From Nemertoderma westbladi (lineage: Eukaryota; Animalia; Xenacoelomorpha), in NCBI GenBank assembly GCA_032718475.1, contig JAUCBJ010003885.1, forward strand, positions 37,845 through 101,844: DNA of 64,000 nt. The letters run 5' to 3'. Under the pieces are notes generated by a model. That model was given only the letters and a program-made list of their open reading frames with translations, did not search any database and was not told the origin of the DNA. The position numbers and the translations under genes were made by a program. This document shows, piece by piece, positions 48,737 through 60,370 of this stretch (its first letter is position 1; each line of letters begins with the position of its first letter).

Positions 48737-51700
48737 GGTTCTGTAATTTTTACAGTTCTAGTAACTAACTTGTCGTTGCTTCCCTGATTCGTGATATATC
48801 ACTATATAGTATATACCATGAAACGAAAAATACCGGTATTGTAATTGTATATAACGGTATCGGTAGGCAGGCAGGTAGGCCTAGTACCGGTATATTAGTA
48901 TTACACAGTTAGATAGCCAACATTCTATTATCTCCCATGTCATATACCGGCATTCAACTTCCTAAAACACTAGGCCTATTTGATGTTGACTTTCACAAGG
49001 CTTTTGATATATACCGTATCTAGCTGCCTAGCAGTCTAGAACAAAGCTACTTTACAAAATCTACAGCTTAGGTATAAAAGAAAAATTATATAACTTAATT
49101 AAAGGTATACTACAAAATTCAGTGCGTGTTTTCAACGGTCTACGTTTTTCCGGTCCGCTGAATCTGTACGAAAAAGTACAAAATATTACAAAAGAGTAGG
49201 GTACGTACAAAAAAGTGCAAAAATAGTACAAAAGAGTGCGAAAATAGTGCAAAAATAGTACAAACGAGCTGACGAGTGAGAAACGCAGGCAAAACGTGTA
49301 TACCAGTGTAGTCAATAGGCCTAGTATACACTACACTTCAGCACTTGACTTGTATACAAATATAATTAATTGTAAGCAAATGTAACGGCACTGAAAAAGA
49401 ATAGCGGCCTTGGTTCTGTGGTCAAGTATGAAATGATTGACAGAACTTTATGATTCATGTAGATTTTCACTGGCATAGAGTACCGTAGAGAAGTAGGCTA
49501 CTGTTCATATAGTAAAATATAATGCAATACATAGGCCTACATACTACTGTACTATGCATGCAGTGCAGCAGTGGGTAGATATAAACTCGTATAACTGAAA
49601 TTCAAGCTCTCTGTCTCTGACTGCTAGATTAGCCCCCCCCCCCCCCCCCCCTCCTCCGCTTAATGCGTGGCTCGCCCCACAATGCTTTGTTTTATTTCAG
49701 TATTTTGCACATCATGTGAGCCCTCTACACGATTTGGACTACACTTGTCAGCTTGTGGTGTTGTGTATACACGTTTTGCAAGCGTTTCTCACTCGTTTGT
49801 CTGATTGTACTCTTTTGTACTATTTTTGCATTCTTTTGTACTATTTTAGCACTTTAATGTACCGTCGTCCTGTGTGACTATGATAATTTTAGACATTCTT
49901 TTACACGCCTTGACTTTTGCTGGGGTTCCATGCTATGGGTACGCGTACGGGTAAAAAATGCCCTTTGGCTATTCAATTATACAAATCGCCACTGACATTT
50001 CCTCTGAGGAAATGTCAGTGGCATTTTTTTTATGTTTAAAAACTTATCATAGTGAACCAAGAGACCGTCTGGCTATGATAATCCAAATTTGTTCTATGTG
50101 AAAATCATTATCAGTGCATCCAAGGGGTGACTATGATAATATTTATAGGTTTTAAAAAATGCTTTGACATCCCCTCAATAAATTGAGACCTTCCAAACAG
50201 GTTAATTCCGCATTCTAAGCGAGCTATAGACGTTCTACCACGTCAAGTCATTCTAGGTGACTATGATAATGATAAAAACTGAATATTACATACAACAATG
50301 AATCGTCAAAACCATCCAACTATAGGGATACTGCACAGTACATAGGTCTGTGATGCCTCAAAAGTCAAAACTGAAGAACTAGGCTACTAAAAATATGAAA
50401 TTATCAAAATACACAGTTTACAGTGTGTTAGCATAGCACCGTTTCAAATTATTATACAGATTTAAAAATAATTCGCTAAGAAAGCAACAAATTTCAGTTC
50501 ACTTTAAATTTGTTTGAAATACCGATAATAGTTAGCATAGCATGACAAGAACTCATCCCTCCATAATATCTTCACTTAAAAGTTGAGAATAAACACAGGG
50601 AATCGGATTTCTACTGTTATCATCGCTGCTGTCACTATCAGGATCAGCAGTATCCATGAACATATATATCATCAACGTCACTTTCTGGATCAGCAGTATC
50701 AATGAGCATATCATCAACGTCACTTTCTGGATCAGCAGTATCAATGAACATATCATCAACGTCACTTTCAGGATTACGAATAGCTCCAGCTCCAGCTCAA
50801 TACCAATCCTTATCCTTGTCAAACTCATCTTCCTTAATGCATATGCCACAAAACCATTAATCGCACTTATCACATTGAACCATACGGTTTCTTATGTTTC
50901 TTTGTATACTTTCTCTTGCACTCTCCACATGTATTTTTATCATCAACAATGAGATCAGCAAAATATACTGCTTTACCTGGTACTACTTTCTTACCTCTCT
51001 TTCTTGTTGTTGTTTCTGCTGGTCCAACATACTCATTCAATAGATTCACCACTGCTTCACCAAACAGTTCACGCACAGATGCCTCGTCATCCTCTAGAGG
51101 AGGTAAGACTTTCTTTAAGACTTGTTCCGTATCACGAGGGTAGATGTCGGATGACCTAAAACCAGAGACAAGATTTGATTTGTTATATTTTTCGCCTAAC
51201 ACGTTTCGCTGGTCCAAACACAGCAACATCCAGAGTTTGAAGTATGTGGCTGGTGTTTGGAACCAGTGATATGAACACTATATTGTGCTGTGCACACGCA
51301 TCCAATACTTCAGTGCAGAAATGGCTTCCAAGATTATCACCGATAATTATCTTTTTCCCTTCTATTTGTTTCGCCCGATCAAGGAATACCTCAAAAAACC
51401 ATCTCTTGAACACCTCAGAATCGAACCACCCAGACTTAGAACACCCATACGCAGCATCTGGTGAACCATTTCTCCACTCTGTGTATACATTTTCACTTTT
51501 AAATACAACCATGGGTGGTAGGAAACCTCCACTAGCACTTCCGCAGAACATGATGCTAGTGGCAGACTTAGAATTTGACATTTGCGTCTCAACTCTTTAT
51601 AATCCCCTACGAACAATCACATTCTTGGAACCAGGATCATCCGTAATATTAGTTTCATCGTAGTTTAAATTTGCATTCGGTTGTATCTGTATGTCATGGG

Positions 51701-52153
51701 GGACACTTTCATCATAGTGTTTAAAGAATTCCCCTATGTCGCTTGCAATGTATTTCAGCGCGTGCAGGTTTAACATTGGTACATATACGTTTTGACAGTT
51801 TATGCCGTTTCATGGAGTTGGCCATCCATTCATGGTAGGTTATCCTTGAAACGGGTAGTGCAATCTGCTTTCACCAAATAATCCTGGACTAATAGTTGGA
51901 TGTCGATTTTTGTTAATGGTCTTTTCCATGAACAAAGCTTAATGATCACACTCAAAATTGTCGATTCTTCGTTGATTGTCAACCAACACCCATTGCCCTC
52001 CATGTTTTCGTGCAGTTGATGGATTATATGATGGTCGCGTTTTTTATATATAATGTACCATAGGGAATACCATACAGCCATATTGCTTCTTAGCTTGGTA
52101 AACATTCATCTTTCCACTAACCACTAACCACCATCGTAATAGCTGAGGTAGAA

Positions 52154-53867
52154 TAAAACGTCTGTCCTTATCTGATCTGATCTGATCTGATAGCATCTGA
52201 TTCTATAACCAATCAGGAGAGAGAGATATAATATTTACCTAACTGTCTGTTAGGTAAATAGCCAATAGCTGAATAGGGGATCACGTTTCAGGTTGCCTGT
52301 TACGTATCAGTATCATGAAGTAGCAGTACAGGCATATCGGTATGCATCTAAATGCACAAAGGCATGTTATTATATATTAATAATGCGATATACAGTACAG
52401 TAGGATGAAGGATGGTGGGTATGAAAGTTGTGTGATTGTCCCAGCAAGATGGATAGTTTCACATGTAAACAACTTTCGTAGATTTAGTCTGTTAGTTGGT
52501 GTTGAAACATTAAACTTTTATTAAAAACAATACAGCATTTGCTGCAATATTTTTTTCGTAAATCTTTCTTGTTAATAGTTAACATTATTAATAGTTAAAG
52601 TTAATTATATTAATTATAATTAATATTATTAATTAAGTACGGTAATGATTCTTATTAATATATTACATTTAAAATATGTATGAAATTTAAGAATTTTATT
52701 AATTTTACTATTTATTAAAGAATATGGGAAGGTGGATGGGAATGTGGGAATTTATAAACACTTATTACCTTCCAATTGAAGGAAAAGAGCAGGTTATAGC
52801 GGCTGTAATTTCTAACCAAAACAATAAACGACGTTGTTACCTACAAATTGAGGGAAAGGAGCAGGTTACCGAGACAGGGTTTTCTAACCAAAACAATAAA
52901 CGATTTTGTTACCTACCAATTGAGGGAAAGGAATGTTACCGCGGCGGCTTGTTTACACAGTTATACCCGTCACCTTCTTACTAACCGTCCTACTGACTGA
53001 TCAATAGATCATCCCCCTCAAAAAATAAAGGACATCGAGCACGCGCATAAAACAATTAATAAAGATAAATTTAATAAAAAATATCGACCAATAAAAAATC
53101 GACCGAAAAATGAAATCCTGGTATTCTTCACATGGGCGAAGAATACCAGACTTTCTGCCGTTCTATTTCACTTTGCAGTTACCCCCATGTGAAGAATACC
53201 AGGTTTTCATCAAAAACACAGGTTACAGAAGGGCTGAATATAACCAAAACAATAAACGAATTAGTATATGTGCAGGTTATAAGACATAAATAAGCTCTAT
53301 AATACACTCAATAAAGATAAATTAAAAAAGAATTAAAATCTTCAAATATAAAATTCCAATAAAAGTCGACCGAAAAGTGAAATCCTGGTATTCTTCACAT
53401 GGGCGGTATTCTTCACATGGACCGACACCAAAATTTGGCACCAGCCGCTAAAAACAAATTTAAAATTTTTAGCTTATTTTATTTGAATTCCTTTTAGTTC
53501 GTTTCAGTTAGTAGTCTTTTAGTTAGTATCGTTAGTTTCAGAGCGGGAAGTATTATATTGACACCCCCCCCCCCCCGGGTTTAAGGGGAATACCGGGGAA
53601 ACTTCACATGCTGACATAGGCAGAAAGTCCAGTACTCATTTAGCTACCATTTAAGGATGCAAGGCAGAGATGCCTCGCAAAACCCTTCAAAACATTCGTG
53701 CCGAAACGAAAACTACCTTGGCCCCATGCCGGGGTTGAACCCACAACCTCCGAGAGATGTGAATTCAATATAACCACTACACCAAGGTGCGCTCTGAACC
53801 AAGGTGGAACAAGTGTCAGATACCGTCAGATCAGATCAGATCAGATCAGATAAGGACAGACGTTTTA
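52154..53867. mobile_element. TIR element nested in the transposase gene
   Basis: TAAAACGTCTGTCCTTATCTGATCTGATC ... GATCAGATCAGATAAGGACAGACGTTTTA inverted termini with (TCTGA)n. Confidence 0.75.
53580..53791 (-). mobile_element. tRNA-derived SINE (degenerate)
   Basis: Minus-strand A box TGGTGTAGTGG and B box GGTTCAACCCC with tRNA spacing, followed by a non-tRNA body; cloverleaf not intact. Confidence 0.6.
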
Positions 53868-54644
53868 GCCATCCTAGTAATAGCTAGGTTTAACGTCTCT
53901 TTAGAGTAGCCTGTCAGATAGTTACGACTCCCACGTTCTGACGTTTTCGTTTGTATCGTGGAGATGACCCCGAAGGAAAAGAAGATCGTGGATTCATTTT
54001 TATACAAAATCTAATGCAGCAATACTTAGATACCGGTACCGAGTAGGGCCTATAACTATAACACACAAAATGTATGTAGAACATAAGTCAGTTGCCCTAA
54101 TAGGCCTACTAATCTAATCTACTAATAAAATACATACAATATTATATTGAAAATGCCTAATAAAACACAAAGACCGGTCAGCCGGTAGGCGTAGGCCCCT
54201 ACTGTACATGTACTGTACCGTATAGGCTAAGTCTGTAAGTAAGTGTACCAGTATCAGGCCTACACCTACAACTGCTGAACTGTAAATGTTTTAATACACC
54301 CCTTTGCCCCTAGCACAGTAGCAGCCTAGATCTGTAGATCAGTATCCTTCCTTACAGCCTTAGACCAGTAGACAGTTACAGAGTTAAGAGTTAGAGATGA
54401 ACAGATATAGGCCTATCTGCCTATCCCGCAGGTATGGTGATTCTTAAAATACCAGAATACACATTATCATAGCTGCATATGTGGCATTGCCTTGCATTGC
54501 ATTGTATTCTGGTATTTTAAGAATCACCATACTGCCATACCTGCCACCTGCGGGATAGGCAGATAGGCCTATATCTGTTCATCTCTAACTATGATAATAA
54601 ACTGGCTGACTATGCATGCCACATTCCACATTGTGCATGCATAG

Positions 54645-55531
54645 TAGTGTTAGACCGGAGCTCCGGCTCCGGTCCGGATCCGGCCCGGAAAATGATGCTC
54701 CGGTTCCGGTCCGGCTCCGGCTAAAATATGACCGGAGAACCGGAGCTCCAGTCAGCCAGTATAAAACTGTAAAAGACAGACAGAGACACACAATGCACCG
54801 ACTGACCGATGTACAATCCACAATCAGTTGTCCACAGTCACAGTCCAGCAGTCATCTAGTCAATCATAGTACAGCTACACTGCCTACTGCTGTACTGGCC
54901 TACCAGGTGCCAGGCTGAGGCTACAAAGACAGGCCAGTCAGTAGGCCTACACTAGTACCTACAGCAGTACAGTCTGACAGTACTGTAAACTGTACTACTG
55001 CTGTACTGTACTACCTACTCACTCTGTTTAGCCTGTCTGCCTGTCACTAGCCTAGCCCTGTCTGCCTGTAGCCTAGTATTAGTATACCTCTACATCTACA
55101 GATCTACTGGCAGACTTCAGGACTTGGTTGATGATGCTATCAACCATTCTTCTATTGCATCATTGCTCTGTTGTTAGGTTTAATATCTAATAAAACTACC
55201 AGACTAATGCACTGGTTTATGAGTACCATAAAAACAAAGTCAGAAAGTGCAGAAGTTGGTTCACTAAATGTAGCTGTGTACGGTGTAGTGGACTAACACT
55301 AACTGTAATATGCCAGGCAGCCAGCTGACCAGGTCGTATTATAATACAGTCTGTCAGTGGTGTGGTTGAGATACCGGTACCTGTAGGTCATACAGTCATA
55401 CCAGGCAGGCCTCAATATTTTTTTATTTAATTTTACTTACCCGGTCCGGCTCCGGTTCCGGCTCCGGTACTTTTGGTATTTACCCGGTCCGGTTCCGGCT
55501 CCGGCAAAAATCTGGCTCCGGTCTAACGCTA
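54645..55531. mobile_element. hAT-type MITE with (CCGGCT/CCGGT)n subterminal repeats
   Basis: TIR TAGTGTTAGACCGGAGC / GCTCCGGTCTAACGCTA; perfect 8-bp TSD ATGCATAG. Confidence 0.9.
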
Positions 55532-56596
55532 ATGCATAGTCAGCCAGTTTATTATCATAGTCAACCATGGAATCATAGTCACACAGGCTGACAGGTTGAC
55601 GGTACTCTTTTGTACCGGTACTATCTGTCTGACTATCTGACTATATTGTACTATTTTGTACAGATTCATCGGACCCCGTTTTTCCGAATTAATAGATCAA
55701 CTCAAAAGAATTCTCGAAGGGTAGGCCTTTTTTTTGTTTAGGCCTACTGTTTGTCACTCAACAGTCAACACTCTTTATATTTTATATAGCCATGGATGGC
55801 AGGATGGTTTAAACCTAATTTTAAAACCCAATAAAACCTAAATTTTACCAATGACAGAACAGCAGAACGATTTCATGAACATGCTTTTTTACATTTCGAG
55901 CACCTAAATTATCTCCTTTCAATTCAACTCTATCGACAGATCGAGGAACACCCCCACCTGCTCAGTCCAATAAACCTTTTACAGTCATGCACCAGTGCAC
56001 TATACAGCTATACCATGTACCAGTACCAGTAGGCCTATACTGACTGGTACCGGTCAGCCGGTATTAGCTTTTACATTTTTCAGCTGTCCAGATCACAGAT
56101 TGCATGCACTCTTGCAGCAGACTGGAATAAAATCCAATAATACTTAATAAAACCTAATACTTTTTACAATAAAATTACATTAGGTTTTTTATTAAAACAT
56201 AATATTAAATGCCTAATTGTGAATTGCCACTCCTATATGCCTATATAGCTGCCCTGGCACCTGGCTGCCTGGTGCCTGGCGACTACCGTACACCATACAG
56301 CCATACACAGTTACATCAATCAGTATCAACGCAACTATCAACCAACACAAGGGCCAATGCTGCTATTCATATTTTTTGCTGATGATTTAATGTTCTAGGC
56401 AGCTAGCTGGCTAGGCCCTACAGCTCTGCAGCTGTACAGCCCTACTCCAAAATGCTGAAGATATCCTAGGGCTGTAGTGGGACTTAACTGCTTATTGCTC
56501 TATCAAAGTCAGAAAGTGGTGCCACGAAAATGAAATGCTAGTACATGTAGTAAACCTCACGAAAATGAAAATAGTCAAGTTTAGACAGTTAGAAAA

Positions 56597-57388
56597 TAGG
56601 GTTCGACCGGAGCTCCCGCTCCGGCTCCGGCTCCGGCCGGACTTGGCATGTCCGGCTCCGGTCCGGCTCCGGTCAAATTAGGTGCAGGAGCTCCGGCAAA
56701 AAGTATTTGTGCTGCACGATGCATAGCTACATGGATAGGCAAGGCAAACATACAGCCAGACACCGGACGTCCGTCTGCGAACTGATTAACGTCTACTGGC
56801 AGACTGTACTGCCGACTGTATTATGGTATGGCCGTAGGCTAAACACTGTAGGCCTATCTGCCTATTGCTGTTGCATTGTCCTGTTGTCTGACTGTCTTTC
56901 GCTGTACAGCTGTAGGCCTATGAGTCTGACAGTCTTCCACTTACCCAAGACTACAAGACCTAACTTTAATTGCTACCAGTACTCCAGTAACAGAATTAGT
57001 TCCATTCCAATCCAGTCTGCCAGTTAGCTAGTACATCGCCAGGCTGTCCAGCTGTCAGGCAGTACCCGAATGACCGTATACAGGTATATATAATATAGAT
57101 TATATTATATCAGTAGGCCTATACACTGATACAGGTATAGGTCTGTCAGTCTGTAGATCTATGCTATTACTACCGTACTAGATAGATATCCGTTAATTGA
57201 TTATGTAAAGCAGTAAAGAGACCCCCCCCCCCCCCCCTGAGCTATCTGCAAAGTTAATTACGGCAAACTCAAGGCAAAATAACAAACAATGTTGCTCCGG
57301 TCCGGCTCCGGCCCCGGCTCCGGCACTTTTAGGTTGCTCCGGTCCGGTACCCGGCTCCGGCAAAAAAAATTGCTCCGGTCGAACCCTA
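56597..57388. mobile_element. hAT-type MITE related to 54645-55531
   Basis: TIR TAGGGTTCGACCGGAGC / GCTCCGGTCGAACCCTA; perfect 8-bp TSD TTAGAAAA. Confidence 0.92.
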
Positions 57389-58407
57389 TTAGAAAAGAGG
57401 TGGAACTTTGAAATAGAAACACAAGTTTACATACTGACACTAACATATAGGCCTAACAGCCTAATGGAGAATAAATCAAAATTGAAAACAAGAATGACTG
57501 AATGAGTATCTCCGCTCAGTGACTGGGTGTCATATTCATATTTCAGCCATCTTTGTGCTTTACCAAACATATTGCTGTATTGAAAACAAAAAGGCCGAAT
57601 CATACAAACTAATCGGTTCATTTACTAAACTTCAGTTTTTGTCAATATTAATGGGACTAAAAATTATAAATGGTAAAGTAACAGTAGGTTATTGCAGTAT
57701 TCCAACCAACAGATGATAACTTAGGCCCCAGGCTGCAAGTGAAGTGCAAAAATCGTAACGGATTGTGCACGTATTTGAAATAGCTGAATAGTGCGCGGTA
57801 AAAGCGCGCGGAATTGAAATAAAAGTGTGCAAAATTATGTGAAAGACAACAAAACTGCGCAGTAGTAATCTGTGCAAAATATCAAAATTCATAAAGTGCA
57901 CGGACAGGCGGATGAGGTGTAAAAAAATACATTTACATGCATGCAAATTGAGAAAAATAATTTGCCACAAAAAATGTCGCTCGCTTTGCAGCTTCACTCG
58001 CGTTTCTTTGCATTTTTCATTGTCAGATTGCTCAAATGTCCAAATTTCGCTCACTTTGAGTTTTGCTCCCGTTTCTTTTTCATTTTGCATTGTTAATGAA
58101 AAAATTTTGCTCACTTCGCTCGCGTCCAGACTGAATTCCATACACTTTGCACAGGATTAATCCGGCGCTCTTTACAATAAAAGCGAGCCAATGTGGCGCG
58201 TGCGCATGGCACGCTCGAAAATCGTAAAGTGCGCCAGCTTTGCACTTTGCGGGCTCGTGGGTGGCACTCATAAAAATAAAAACCAGAGCCGGCGGTTTAT
58301 CTGTTTATTGGTTTAACAATTACGGATGTGTCTTAAAAATTGCATCAGCTGTTTAAAAATTTCGGTTTTTTCTGTACCGCGTCAGATGCGCGTTGCGCGT
58401 TTGGGTG

Positions 58408-59778
58408 CATTTGAGGCACAGTGGTAAGAAATTTTTTTATCGATTCCCCTATGCCCGTGACGAACCACTTATACTTTTTTTTCAAACTTTAATGATTCCC
58501 CTATGCCCATGGCGAACCACTTATACTTTTTTCAAAACTTATACTTTTGTTGATTCAGCTACGTCCATACAGCCATAGCAAACCACTCCTTTTCAAAGTT
58601 TGTTGATTCCTCTATGCCCTTATTAAGAAACCTAATTATTTGAAAGTTTATTTATTAACGTTTTATTTATTTATTAATAGTAGTAATAATAACAATACTT
58701 GATTAGCATACATTGCACTGTAATATTGCATATAATTTACCTAATTTAACTAAAACTGCTAATTAACTATGTATTAATAAATGGCACAAACTGAAAATTG
58801 ATTTATTATTGTATAAAATGCCACAATTCCTAAAAATATGCACTGGAATATAATAATTGCTTAATAATAATTTGAGGTTTACTTAAAGAAACGTACTAAA
58901 AATGATTGATTAATTAGTAATGTAATTCACAACATAATTATATTGTAAAGTTATATTTAAAAAAAATATTCATCATCAGTGCAGGGCGGACAGAGAGATT
59001 GCCGCTTCCCCATCTGGTGCGTGTGCATCTCCACATGCTGACATGAGTTGAAGAGCGTCAGGTCGACGTAGAGAACGAGACTTCCTTGAAGATAACTTTA
59101 TTGCCATCGAGCCATTCGTTTCATCATTCAGCCACATCGTTTCCAGACCGAGACCGTGTCTGATCCACCACTGATAGACTCTGCAGATGACGTCCGACAA
59201 ATCTATGGCAATTGTAGGCCTACCAACGGCCAGTCGGTACAATTGAATATCGCCATTTAAAATATTATTTGACTATAACTTCTGTAGTTGTTTGCCTACT
59301 TAAAGCGCAGTAGGTATCGGTCCGGTCAGCCGGTAGTGCAGTAGTGAGGTTGTCTGGTACTGCTGTACTGGCAGGGCAGTCGCAGTAGTACTGACAGTGG
59401 TCAAATTAAGAAGTATTTTTCTAGAAAATACAGTTTTTTTCGCGTGCTGCGCGAAGGTCACATCGTCCTCTGCAACCGTATATTTTACATCACATTAAAT
59501 ACACGAACTGGGGTGGCTGTCTGTAGATTCTCCGGCAAATTGAAGGAAAATGGAGGAAATGGTGCACATTTGAAAACAGGTAAAAATTGACTTTTCGAAA
59601 AAAAAAGCCATAAACTCATGATTTTCTATCGTGCTGCTCGAAGCGGAAAATCACCTATTAAATTTTTTTTTTTCTATGAAGTTACACATAGGTCCGAGAG
59701 TGTCTGTGTGAAATTTGAGACAAATTGGTCCAAAAATGGCCACTGCGGGGAAAGGTATTTGTCACTGTGCCTCAAATG
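58408..59778. mobile_element. Possible TIR element, unclassified
   Basis: 16-bp inverted repeat CATTTGAGGCACAGTG / CACTGTGCCTCAAATG; no clear TSD or transposase. Confidence 0.4.
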
Positions 59779-59865
59779 TGATAGACTGATAGAACCGCGG
59801 GCAGCTGGGTGAGACAGATGCGCGTTTGGGTCGAGACAGATGCGCATTGCGCCACACAGCTCGCT

Positions 59866-60230
59866 GGGGTGTATTGGGGTGATTAACATCATAATTTGGG
59901 GTGCATTGAGTCTCAATCAATTGGCTGATTGGGGTGATTAGCTAGCATAATCATTGGCTGATTGGCAATTGGGGTGATTAACATCATCATTGGGCGATTG
60001 GGGTGCATTGTGCATTGGCTGATTGGGGTGACTTGATTATAGCATGTATTAGGGTGATAAATGTACTGATGTAAGTATTGGGAGGGGGTGCATTGGGGTG
60101 ATTAGCACTTATCATTGGGGTGTATTGGCTGCAGTATTGGGGTGATTAACATCATCATTTGCGTGCATTGGGGTGATTAGCTATAGCATATGTATTGGGG
60201 TTTGGGGTGATAATTTGAGATTGGGTTGAT
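59866..60230 (+). repeat. Degenerate ATTGGGGTG-based repeat region upstream of HPS4
   Basis: More than a dozen TTGGGGTG motifs interleaved with ATTAACATCATC and ATTGGCTG. Confidence 0.75.
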
Positions 60231-60370
60231 ATTTCGACTTGTCGAAAATATTACTTCTCCCTGACTGCACTGCAGTACAGCAGCTGTACTGTATACTGGT
60301 ATACAGGTACCAGTACTTGACCTATAGTCAGATCTGCAGATAGTAAAAGTACCCTAGGCCTTACTGTACA

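Larger units (their letters stand above)
50553..53965 (-). pseudogene. DDE_1/CENP-B-type transposase pseudogene
   Basis: NYDET, FCGSASG..LPPMVVFK, SGWFD..F..WF, GDNLGSH, PNTSHILQTLDVAVFGP; psq-like HTH N-terminus (GSRNYLTGYSKETLNLAI at ~53880-53935, SGKMNVYQA at ~52100) split by a nested insertion; several frameshifts. Confidence 0.85.
49862..55602 (-). mobile_element. pogo/Tigger-like (Tc1/mariner superfamily) DNA transposon, degenerate
   Basis: TA|CCGTC..CCTGTGTGACTATGAT and ATCATAGTCACACAGG...GACGG|TA termini; subterminal GACTATGATAAT repeats; contains the transposase relic. Confidence 0.85.
49152..55676. mobile_element. Mutator-like/foldback non-autonomous element (outer shell of a nested TE stack)
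   Basis: Termini GGTCCGCTGAATCTGTAC / GTACAGATTCATCGGACC; 9-bp TSD CGTTTTTCC (49143-49151, 55677-55685); right arm split into 49765-49861 and 55603-55676 by the pogo insertion. Confidence 0.75.

Noticed and set aside
53721-53791. Functional tRNA gene
   Set aside because: A and B boxes are present but the anticodon and D stems do not pair; it sits inside nested TEs and continues into a SINE-like body.
58976-59242. 88-aa minus-strand ORF inside the putative TIR element
   Set aside because: No recognisable domain and a non-ATG start.
58417-59769. CACAGTG/CACTGTG heptamers suggesting Transib/RAG-like recombination signal sequences
   Set aside because: No nonamer at 12 or 23 bp, the inverted repeat extends outside the heptamer, and there is no 5-bp TSD or RAG/Transib ORF.
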